Below are positions 47,559-55,292 of a DNA stretch of 64,000 nucleotides, piece by piece. Each line of letters opens with the position of its first letter. The first letter of the stretch is position 1. The notes beneath the pieces were generated by a model that searched no databases, was not told the origin of the DNA, and worked only from the letters and a program-made list of their open reading frames with translations. Source of the DNA: Fibrobacter sp. (GTDB lineage Bacteria > Fibrobacterota > Fibrobacteria > Fibrobacterales > Fibrobacteraceae); the NCBI GenBank assembly GCA_045617325.1, contig JAZLIJ010000066.1, forward strand, positions 1,787-65,786, in the 5' to 3' direction. The position numbers and the translations under genes are program-made.

Positions 47559-49538
47559 TTAACCTTCGACCTTAGGCTGCGTTGAAGCGCCACCCAACGA
47601 GGAACGCTGCGTCTGTTCCAGCACTTCGAGGAGAATTTCCTGCGTCTTGACCGCATTTTCCATGAGCACTTCGCTGGCGCGTTCGTGGAAAGCTTCCAGG
47701 GACTGATTGAGGTGTTCGATGAACGTTTCCTCCTCGTCGCGTTCCGCGGTGTCGCCGGAAAGCTTTTCGAGAATTGTCTCGAGACCGCTGCGAAGCATTT
47801 CGAGGTTCGCGCTGAGTTCGGACTGGTTCACGCGCATGAGTTCCGCGGTTTCCACAATGTTTCCGCCGAGAGCGTCCGTTGCTTCCTTCTCCTTGACAAC
47901 GCGTTTGTCGATGCTTTCGGTGAGCGCCTTTTGCGCTTCGAGAAGCACGGCGGAAGTTTCGGAAAGTTTCTGGAAGGCGCCGAGAATATCGGAAGAAAGC
48001 GTGCCCAATTTTTCGGAAACGGACTGGCTGAGTTCGGCAGACCCCGCCTGCGCCTTTTCAGCCACCTGCAGGGCAACGTTCTTGAGCGTTTCAAGGCCGT
48101 CGCGCTGGGCATCCACATTGGCTGTCGCGCGTTCTTCGAGACGCTGCATGAAATCATTCCACTGTTCGTTCGACTGCTTGACCTGATCCGCGATGGATTC
48201 CGCAATGCTGCTGGAGGAATCTGCCATGGAATTCTGGGCGGATTCGCTCACCTTGTAAAGACCGTCGTAAACGCTACCGGACACATCGCTCAAGGCGGAC
48301 TTCACATCAGTCGCTACACCGTCAAGGCCGGACTTCACATCCACAGCCACTCCGGACAAAGCTTGCGCCACATCCCTGGAGACTGTTTCGAGGCCATTCT
48401 GAACACCGCCGGCAATATTTCCCACCTCACGTTCCAATTTGTCTGTAAAGACAGACATTTTTTCGTTCAGCATTTCCGGAATCGTTTGCACTGAGGCGGC
48501 TAGATTCTTGACACTCTCTTCCATCGGTGCAAATGCAGATGTAACAGAAGAGCTGACATCCGTCGCAAGGTTCGACATGGAATCGTTAAGCTTGCCAACA
48601 GACTGCGTCATATCGCCAGCCATCTTCTGAATAGAAGAATTCATCTTTTCGGAGAGTTCCAAGACAGAATCGTTGACATTCTTGGACATCGCTTGGACAG
48701 ATTCGTTAATCTTATCAGAAACGCTAGAAACAGAGCTCGAAATATTGCGGTCCATCTTTTCGGTGACAGAGGAAAGCTCCTCGCCCACCTTCGCAACAAT
48801 TCCGGAAAGTCCCACCTGCACGGAATCGGCAACCGCATTCAGCTTCTCGCCGACGATATCGAACAAGCGTTCCATTCCGCTCTTGTCGCTTTCTTCATCG
48901 ACTTCGACATCGCCCTGCATGTCCAAGGTGAGCGCATCAAGACGAGACATGAACTTTTCACGTTCAGAGACAAGCATGGAGCGGCAGGAACTCAAAATCA
49001 AGGCGGCGAACAAACCGCAAAGGCTCGTTCCGAAAATGCCCTTCATGTTCTGGAAAAGCACCTGGATGGTATCGAGCGTCCCTTGCGTCGTCGAGTTGTC
49101 GATGGCACCGCCGGCAGTCGCGACAGACTGCATCAAACCAAAGAACGTTCCCATAAGGCCAAGCAGAATGACCGTACTTCCGACACTGCGTGGCACAGAG
49201 ACAGACGCCGTCGAGGAAAGGACTTCAAAGGCAATCGGCGAATCCAGGCGAATCTTCTTTTGCAAAAGGCGCTTTGCCATTTCAATGCGCTTTGCGACAA
49301 TTCCGTCACCCTTAACAAAGAAGCTTCTCTTGCTTTCACAGGATTCGACAATTTTATTTTCATTTGCTATTTGTCTCATTTTTCTCAAAGTCGCAATCTG
49401 CTCAAATAGATACACGACAAAGATGGCAATCATGATTATCCAGCCAAACGCAGGAGCGCCAAAGTACATAGCGCCAGCCACAAGAGCCGAAAGACCGATA
49501 ATGGTCAAGAACAAAATCAAGTAGAATGTTTTTTTCAT
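47559..49538 (-). CDS. MotA/ExbB/ZorA-like proton-channel protein with ~460 aa C-terminal coiled-coil tail
   Basis: Four TM helices (about res 5-24, 29-46, 121-140, 166-186), with the MotA_ExbB-type LLGLMGTFFGLM and FGTSLCGLFAAL. The remainder is Pro-free, aromatic-poor and S/V/A/E/K/D/N-rich, with 11-residue periodicity. Confidence 0.8.
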   Translation of the reverse strand: MKKTFYLILFLTIIGLSALVAGAMYFGAPAFGWIIMIAIFVVYLFEQIATLRKMRQIANENKIVESCESKRSFFVKGDGIVAKRIEMAKRLLQKKIRLDSPIAFEVLSSTASVSVPRSVGSTVILLGLMGTFFGLMQSVATAGGAIDNSTTQGTLDTIQVLFQNMKGIFGTSLCGLFAALILSSCRSMLVSEREKFMSRLDALTLDMQGDVEVDEESDKSGMERLFDIVGEKLNAVADSVQVGLSGIVAKVGEELSSVTEKMDRNISSSVSSVSDKINESVQAMSKNVNDSVLELSEKMNSSIQKMAGDMTQSVGKLNDSMSNLATDVSSSVTSAFAPMEESVKNLAASVQTIPEMLNEKMSVFTDKLEREVGNIAGGVQNGLETVSRDVAQALSGVAVDVKSGLDGVATDVKSALSDVSGSVYDGLYKVSESAQNSMADSSSSIAESIADQVKQSNEQWNDFMQRLEERATANVDAQRDGLETLKNVALQVAEKAQAGSAELSQSVSEKLGTLSSDILGAFQKLSETSAVLLEAQKALTESIDKRVVKEKEATDALGGNIVETAELMRVNQSELSANLEMLRSGLETILEKLSGDTAERDEEETFIEHLNQSLEAFHERASEVLMENAVKTQEILLEVLEQTQRSSLGGASTQPKVEG

Positions 49539-49554
49539 TTTATACCTGCATCAA

Positions 49555-50463
49555 TTAAGCCTTGTACGAGGCCGTTGTTTCAAACAAATTCAATTGTCCT
49601 CTAGAAAATCCACGAAGGAACAGAGACCACTTGCTCTGGTACCATTCAATCACCTGGAGCGACAAACCTTTCGCATAGTCACAGAAATCATCTGTAAAAG
49701 CTAAAAATCCATTTTCATAAGCATAATGCGGATTCCAGTAACGACCGACATTTCGGGCACAGGAATTCGCAGTCAGGAAATACCTCGTCGGAGCCTTTGA
49801 CATAAAGGCGGCACTGAAACGTTTCTTCGCAAGCGCATTGAGCGACGTGCGAAGTGAAAGGACCATCGAATTTTCCTTTTCACGAAGCGAGGATTCCAGA
49901 CACGGAAGCAACTTGGATACCGGATCGACCGCACTTTCGGAATGCCAGTACTTGCACAACTTTTCTTGCAGCTGCATTACGCGACCATGGGTACGGACAA
50001 ACAGAGGTTCCGCATCGCTTACGAGCAAGTGAATCGTCGCCGAATAGAAGTTGTTGATGTCCTGCTTGTTGTTCTTGACGGTCAGTGCCCAGCCCTTTTC
50101 CTCGTCATGCGTCAAGAAGTTGCCCCCTTCCAGAAGCAAGCGCAGCACTTCGTCTGTCGAAAAACGCTGCATCCACTTGGTGCGGAATTCATCGTAGAGC
50201 TTGTTTGCATCCTTGATGATTTGCGGAAAGCCGGACTCACAAAGTTTCCAGGCGGATTCACTATACGAAATCTGTTCGGAACCGCCGACATTGGCAGACG
50301 GATTGTTGAGCATGGCATCCAGATGTTCGTAGAGCGCGATTGCCCACGTGACCATCATGGACTGAGATAACGTAGCAACCATCGTCGAACGGTTCGGGCG
50401 AACCGCCAATCGCACACTGGCACCAGTCATCTTGCGTATAGCTCGGCGAAAATACTCTTCCAC
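49555..50463 (-). CDS. cytoplasmic protein, unknown function (stator operon)
   Basis: 302 aa with no signal peptide or TM and no recognisable motif. It lies 16 nt upstream of the MotA-like gene. Confidence 0.6.
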   Translation of the reverse strand: MEEYFRRAIRKMTGASVRLAVRPNRSTMVATLSQSMMVTWAIALYEHLDAMLNNPSANVGGSEQISYSESAWKLCESGFPQIIKDANKLYDEFRTKWMQRFSTDEVLRLLLEGGNFLTHDEEKGWALTVKNNKQDINNFYSATIHLLVSDAEPLFVRTHGRVMQLQEKLCKYWHSESAVDPVSKLLPCLESSLREKENSMVLSLRTSLNALAKKRFSAAFMSKAPTRYFLTANSCARNVGRYWNPHYAYENGFLAFTDDFCDYAKGLSLQVIEWYQSKWSLFLRGFSRGQLNLFETTASYKA

Positions 50464-50472
50464 AGAAACTCC

Positions 50473-51195
50473 TTAGAAATCCGCTTCCAGGCGATGCCAA
50501 ATGCTTCGATTCACACGCTTCTTATTTGCCGAAAGTTCCTCGGCTTCGCTGCGAATATCCGCCTCATCGTTATCCTTGATCAGTTCACGAGGACCTTCGA
50601 ATTGCCCTTCCGCTTCGAGATACAAGCCGTAAACATTGTTGGATATTTTTGAATCCGTCGAAAAGACGGAACCGGCACGAATCGAAAGCGCATAGCGATT
50701 GTTCTTGAACTCGTTACGGATCAAAAAGACCTGCGGACATTCATCCACCCACAAGCCATAATAGTTATTCTCGAAATGAACATTTTCAAATACGCCACGC
50801 GAGCGGAAAAGAGAATTGCGGAAAGCATTTTTGACAACGAGATTCGAAACCTCAAATGGTTTTCTGTTTGAGATGAAATGGAAACCGTTCCAGCTTTTCG
50901 TAGAATCGACGCTCTGAAAAACGACAGGTTTAGCTTGGCTACCGGCAATTTTTACAGGACCACGCAAAACAAGCTTCGCATACTCCCCCATCAGCACCAT
51001 GACACCCGGTTCTACGACAAAGGAATCCGTCGCAGAAACAACAAGCCCTTCATCCAACTCATAGGGGCTGTCTTTCTCTTGCAAAAAAATCTTGGACTTC
51101 ATAGGAGACGGAATCGGCATCCCTGCCGCGTAAACCGAAATAGAAAGTCCCAAAGAGGCTAGAACAGACAAGGAATACTTCTTCAAGAAATTCAT
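50473..51195 (-). CDS. secreted protein with right-handed parallel beta-helix-like repeats (stator operon)
   Basis: Signal peptide ...SISVYA/AG. Repeated motifs: VVKNAFRNSLF, FENVHFENNYYGLWV, IRNEFKNNRYALSI, KISNNVYGLYL. Confidence 0.55.
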   Translation of the reverse strand: MNFLKKYSLSVLASLGLSISVYAAGMPIPSPMKSKIFLQEKDSPYELDEGLVVSATDSFVVEPGVMVLMGEYAKLVLRGPVKIAGSQAKPVVFQSVDSTKSWNGFHFISNRKPFEVSNLVVKNAFRNSLFRSRGVFENVHFENNYYGLWVDECPQVFLIRNEFKNNRYALSIRAGSVFSTDSKISNNVYGLYLEAEGQFEGPRELIKDNDEADIRSEAEELSANKKRVNRSIWHRLEADF

Positions 51196-52022
51196 TGTAA
51201 TTCACTCCTTAAAGAAATACTTTGAATAACATGGATATTGGGAATGGAATCATTTGCAACCAAATCACGGATGTTCAAGTCGCCATTGATTTCAAAATTT
51301 GCAGAAGACAATATACCATGAGTCACATCAAAAAGAATGGACCCCGACCCCACCACAAAATCGGAACTTTGAATCAGCACCTTGGATGTCGAATCAGCGT
51401 TTTCCTTGTACTTCAAGTTGACTTCGATTTTTGCAAAACGGACACCATCGCGAATGAACAGGTCTTGCAAAGTGTAATACTTGTAAACAGCCGTCTCACG
51501 CCCCTTGTCATGGATAATCACCTGACGTTCCCACGAATCCCCCAACTGAACAGAGCTTCCCGGAAAACTCGGCTGAACTTTCAGGAATAGAGGTATCAAG
51601 TTCAAATCATCGATACTTGGAAGATTGTGGGAATCTTTGATTACAGGATCCGACAGGGAACCGTCCTTCGCCAGCTTAAACTGGAAATTTTGAGTTGATA
51701 AATACTTTTCAACATTGCGAAATTCATCTACGGAACGCTTATCTGACTTGTAATCCACAGAATCAATAATCATCTCAAAGCGAGCGGTACCATCATCATA
51801 AGGCATCAGAAGATTCGACGACGCCTTCACCAGCAAATGCGTTTTCATGGATTCCGGATTCGGAGTCGAGGAATCAGACGGAAGCAGCGCATTCAGCGAA
51901 GCATCCAGCGTAAACTTCTGCGACGGAACATTCTGCGTATTGAAGGCCAGAAAAACATCGTCCTTGTCACAGGAGCTCAACAACAAAAAAATGGGTAAAA
52001 TCAAAAAACGATACAATTGCAT
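51192..52022 (-). CDS. lipoprotein, unknown function (first gene of stator operon)
   Basis: Lipobox FLLLSSCDK; beta-rich. Its stop overlaps the next start (ATGA at 51192-51195). Confidence 0.6.
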   Translation of the reverse strand: MQLYRFLILPIFLLLSSCDKDDVFLAFNTQNVPSQKFTLDASLNALLPSDSSTPNPESMKTHLLVKASSNLLMPYDDGTARFEMIIDSVDYKSDKRSVDEFRNVEKYLSTQNFQFKLAKDGSLSDPVIKDSHNLPSIDDLNLIPLFLKVQPSFPGSSVQLGDSWERQVIIHDKGRETAVYKYYTLQDLFIRDGVRFAKIEVNLKYKENADSTSKVLIQSSDFVVGSGSILFDVTHGILSSANFEINGDLNIRDLVANDSIPNIHVIQSISLRSELQ

Positions 52023-52138
52023 GGACCAAATTTAGTATTTGATACGCAAAACGACGGATGCAGCAGCATTAGCCAAAGCATTTACAAGCCAAATACACGA
52101 AAGACCGAGCGTTTCCGGTCAAAAAAGCTTCAACCGCA

Positions 52139-52687
52139 TCAAGGCATCTCTTTTTTCGCGGGCTTAGCACCTGTATCGCCCTTTTCAAGGCGCATCTGCT
52201 GGAAAAACGCTTTCAGCATTCCAAGGCATTCATCGGCAAAAACTCCTCCAGTCACCTGAACGGCCCTCTTAAGGGCGTTCCCCGTAATCACGTCGATAGT
52301 CGTGCCGCATCCGCCAAAGCGCGTATCCGGGGAACCGTAAACAACGCGACTGATGCGGCTGTTGAGGATTGCACCAGCGCACATCGGGCACGGCTCCAAG
52401 GTTACATACAAAGTACATCCATCCAGTCGCCAATTTTCAAGCGTCCCCGCCGCAGTCCCGATGGCTATGATTTCAGCATGCGCAGTGGCGTCCTTCATCG
52501 TTTCCACTTGATTGTAGCCTCTCCCAATCACGACTCCATCTTTTACAATGATGCAGCCAATGGGAATTTCCTTTTCGTCAAAAGCTTTCATCGCCTCGCG
52601 AATTGCCATTCGCATAAAGCGCTCGTCCACCAAGCGTTGGGAATCGACATCTGTCGTTGAATTTTGTATTTCGGAAATCGGTTGCAT
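52139..52687 (-). CDS. tadA: tRNA adenosine(34) deaminase
   Basis: Zinc motifs HAEIIAI and PCPMCAGA. The short basic C-terminal extension is unusual but in frame. Confidence 0.9.
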   Translation of the reverse strand: MQPISEIQNSTTDVDSQRLVDERFMRMAIREAMKAFDEKEIPIGCIIVKDGVVIGRGYNQVETMKDATAHAEIIAIGTAAGTLENWRLDGCTLYVTLEPCPMCAGAILNSRISRVVYGSPDTRFGGCGTTIDVITGNALKRAVQVTGGVFADECLGMLKAFFQQMRLEKGDTGAKPAKKEMP

Positions 52688-52757
52688 AATGAATTAACAA
52701 TTAACAATTAACAATGAACAGTGAATAGGGAATGATGGATGAATTATGAGATTGATT
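52688..52757. repeat. 10-unit heptamer array directly abutting the tadA start codon
   Basis: AATGAAT, TAACAAT x3, GAACAGT, GAATAGG, GAATGAT, GGATGAA, TTATGAG, ATTGATT. On the coding (minus) strand this reads ...TTCACTGTTCATTGTTAATTGTTAATTGTTAATTCATT-ATG, the same unit order as upstream of ruvB. Confidence 0.9.
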
Positions 52758-53029
52758 CGGCAGCGTTCTGAGACCAGTCTTCCAGGACCCCGAGCTGGGC
52801 TTTCACAGCAGCATCCCTAATACATCTCGCAGCCGCAAAAACTCGCGCCGGAGGCGCCAGGCATTCCTTTCATAACTTATAATTCGTAATTAATAACTTT
52901 CTCAGCCCGTGCCGCAGGCGCCTAACATCTCCTAGATTCCAGCCCCGAGCAGAAATTTCACTTGAACATTCTGCGAGAGAGAATTTTTGTACAATTCAAG
53001 CCCCTTTTCAACAAAAATAGGCTCCAAAA

Positions 53030-53232
53030 AAACATTTTCCCTCATTTGGAGTCTATTTTTACAAACAAACTAAACAACAAAAGATCATTCAACGAAAAAA
53101 AAACTCACCTTATGGACTCCATTTTTCATTTTTTCATCTTTTGGAGCCCATCTAGGATTCGATCCGAAACAATCATTCGCAAACAAAGTAAAAAAATAGA
53201 CTCCCAAAAAGCATTTTTACTCATTTGGAGCC
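53030..53232. repeat. pair of ~34-nt hairpin units with CATTTT-containing loops plus an inverted 13-mer
   Basis: GGCTCCAAAAAAACATTTTCCCTCATTTGGAGTC (53030-53063) and GACTCCCAAAAAGCATTTTTACTCATTTGGAGCC (53199-53232). GGAGTCTATTTTT (53058-53070) is the reverse complement of AAAAATAGACTCC (53192-53204). Confidence 0.7.
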
Positions 53233-53303
53233 CATTTTCAGCAAAAATCACACATTTCAGCGCCGAATTCCCACTTTCCCACGCCGAAAGCGCCAAACTG
53301 TCC

Positions 53304-53374
53304 CTGCTTGCCAAGAGCGAGCAAGGCGAGAGATGCAGAAATGAGTGCGCTCATTTCTATATCCGAGTCGAAGC
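53304..53374. repeat. 71-nt module, inverted copy of 31540-31610
   Basis: The reverse complement matches 31540-31610 at about 68 of 71 positions by hand alignment. It contains the internal palindrome AGAAATGAG..CTCATTTCT. Confidence 0.85.
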
Positions 53375-53440
53375 CGCGGCGCAGCCGCCTAACTTCACCC
53401 TGTTTACCAGCCACTATCACTGCTTACTTTCATCCGCATT

Positions 53441-54337
53441 TTAACGCAGCACCCCTCTCCTAATCGTAGGTACACTCGCAAGCAACTTCTTCGTGTATTC
53501 ATGCTGCGGATTCACGAGGACTTTACCCGCATCGCCGCGTTCCACGACATGTCCAAAATACATGACGATGACCTCATCGCTCAAGGCGCGAACCACCTGC
53601 ATATCGTGGCTGATAAAGAGGATGCTGAGCCCAAGTTCATGACGCAAGTCGTCCAGCAGATGCAGAATTTGCGCCTGCACAGACACATCCAAGGCGCTAG
53701 TCACTTCGTCGCAGAGGAGCACCTTCGGATTCACCATCAGGCTTCGAGCGATGCAAAGACGCTGGCGCTGTCCACCGGAAAACTCATGCGGAAACTTTTC
53801 GAGGGCGCCCGCCGGAATCGATACGCGGTCCAGCAACAGGCGCGCCTTGGCAACAGCTTCGTCAAAAGACATCCCACGGGCGACAACGGGAGCTGTCAAA
53901 ATTTCAGAGACGGTCTGACGCGGATTCAAGCTACTGAACGGATCCTGGAACACCATCTGCACCAAGTCGGAAACTCGGACTTTCACATGTTTTTCTGCAA
54001 CAGCGTTTTCCTTGTCGCCAATACAGAGCTTGCCACCGGCAACAGGCATTCCAAATAAATTAAATTCACCTTTCGCCATGGGCACAAGTCCAACCAACGA
54101 CTTCACAAGTGTTGACTTTCCACAGCCGGATTCCCCTACCACCGAAAGAATTTTCCCCTGCGGAAGCACAAACGAAACATCATCGACAGCGGTAAAGTAA
54201 TCCTTCACCTTGCCGAATACCCCTCCACGGACAGGAAACTTTACAGTAAGTCCCTTTACTTCTATTGCGGGAACATTTGAAGGAATGCTTGCGATTACTT
54301 TTTCAAAAAATTTCTCTGTCATCGAGCCGCCATGCAA
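53441..54337 (-). CDS. ABC transporter ATP-binding protein (oligopeptide/dipeptide OppF/DppF-like)
   Basis: Walker A GESGCGKST, signature FSGGQRQR, Walker B LLCDEVTSALD and H-loop. The ATG directly abuts the xseB stop. Confidence 0.85.
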   Translation of the reverse strand: MHGGSMTEKFFEKVIASIPSNVPAIEVKGLTVKFPVRGGVFGKVKDYFTAVDDVSFVLPQGKILSVVGESGCGKSTLVKSLVGLVPMAKGEFNLFGMPVAGGKLCIGDKENAVAEKHVKVRVSDLVQMVFQDPFSSLNPRQTVSEILTAPVVARGMSFDEAVAKARLLLDRVSIPAGALEKFPHEFSGGQRQRLCIARSLMVNPKVLLCDEVTSALDVSVQAQILHLLDDLRHELGLSILFISHDMQVVRALSDEVIVMYFGHVVERGDAGKVLVNPQHEYTKKLLASVPTIRRGVLR

Positions 54338-54547
54338 TTAAGCGTCTTCATCATCCAGGCTTTTCAACGCTTCCTGGACGTTTTTCTCGGTCGAAAGGAG
54401 GATTTGGCGGCACTTGCGCAAAAGTTCCGTGGCCTCCTGCACTTCACCAGCCAGTTCATCAATTTCCATTTCGGAGTTGTCTATCCGCTCCAAAATGGAT
54501 TCCAGGCGTTCCATGGCGTTTTTATAGTCGTTGTTTTCCGTACTCAT
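54338..54547 (-). CDS. xseB: exodeoxyribonuclease VII small subunit
   Basis: Start at MSTENNDYKNAMERLESILERID... 69 aa, with the helical hairpin typical of XseB. The longer ORF to 54712 is unlikely. Confidence 0.8.
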   Translation of the reverse strand: MSTENNDYKNAMERLESILERIDNSEMEIDELAGEVQEATELLRKCRQILLSTEKNVQEALKSLDDEDA

Positions 54548-54575
54548 GCCCTGAATATAGTTACATTTAAAATCG

Positions 54576-55292
54576 ATGAACTCATCTAAAATGCCAGTTG
54601 TCTCTTTTTTTGTCGGAATAGCGCTCCTTTTCGCAGGAGGGATGCTTTCGGGCTGCCTCGACCTTCCAAGCAGACCACATTCCATCAAGCCTATCGAAAA
54701 CGTAAGCATCACCTCTTTTCAACTAGAAAAAAACGATTCCACAGAGCTCAAAATATCACCTCTGTTCGAATCAACATTCCATGTCAACGTCACCCCAAAA
54801 TCATACAAGGACGAACTTGAGATTGAATGGTTCCGATCGGACAACGGCAAGGATTCGCTGCTCTGTAGCGGAGATTCCATTGTCATTTCACATTTGCCAA
54901 CTCCAAGCGAGATTCCAAACAAAGTCGTCCTAACAGACAAGGCGAACAACAAACTGGAAAAAGAATTCACAATTATAGTCAATACAGCGCCCACTATGGG
55001 AAGCATCGCCAAGCCGGACCAAGGCGACACCCTCTACGCAACCCCGACAACCGCAATTGAATTCTCATGGACATCCAGCGACTACGACCTATCAAATGGC
55101 GACAAGCTCAACCATACATTGGAAATAGACGGCGTGCAATACAACGTCGGACAGTTGAACAAGGTCGTACAATCCGGTTTCAAAAGCGGGGTACACCAAT
55201 TTCGCGTCATCGTCGAGGACAGATACGCCAGTGCGGACACGCTCTCCATGCATAAGTTTTTCGTCGTCGATACAACAGGAGGCGAACATTGA
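54576..55292 (+). CDS. lipoprotein with two Ig/PKD-like beta-sandwich domains
   Basis: Lipobox GMLSGCLD. Beta-sandwich-like repeats (ELEIEWFRSDNGKD..., AIEFSWTSSDYDLSNGD...). Confidence 0.6.
   Translation: MNSSKMPVVSFFVGIALLFAGGMLSGCLDLPSRPHSIKPIENVSITSFQLEKNDSTELKISPLFESTFHVNVTPKSYKDELEIEWFRSDNGKDSLLCSGDSIVISHLPTPSEIPNKVVLTDKANNKLEKEFTIIVNTAPTMGSIAKPDQGDTLYATPTTAIEFSWTSSDYDLSNGDKLNHTLEIDGVQYNVGQLNKVVQSGFKSGVHQFRVIVEDRYASADTLSMHKFFVVDTTGGEH

Noticed and set aside
52077-52093. Possible sigma-54 promoter upstream of the stator operon (minus strand TTTGGCTTGTAAATGCT)
   Set aside because: The GG-to-GC spacing is one nucleotide short of the TGGCAC-N5-TTGC consensus, and the -12 element is weak. 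Other TGGCAC occurrences (10274, 36067, 46246) lack a TTGC at the right distance.
53156-53166. tRNA-like T-arm sequence GGATTCGATCC
   Set aside because: No acceptor-stem complementarity or D/anticodon arms could be built around it. I found no tRNA or rRNA anywhere in the window.
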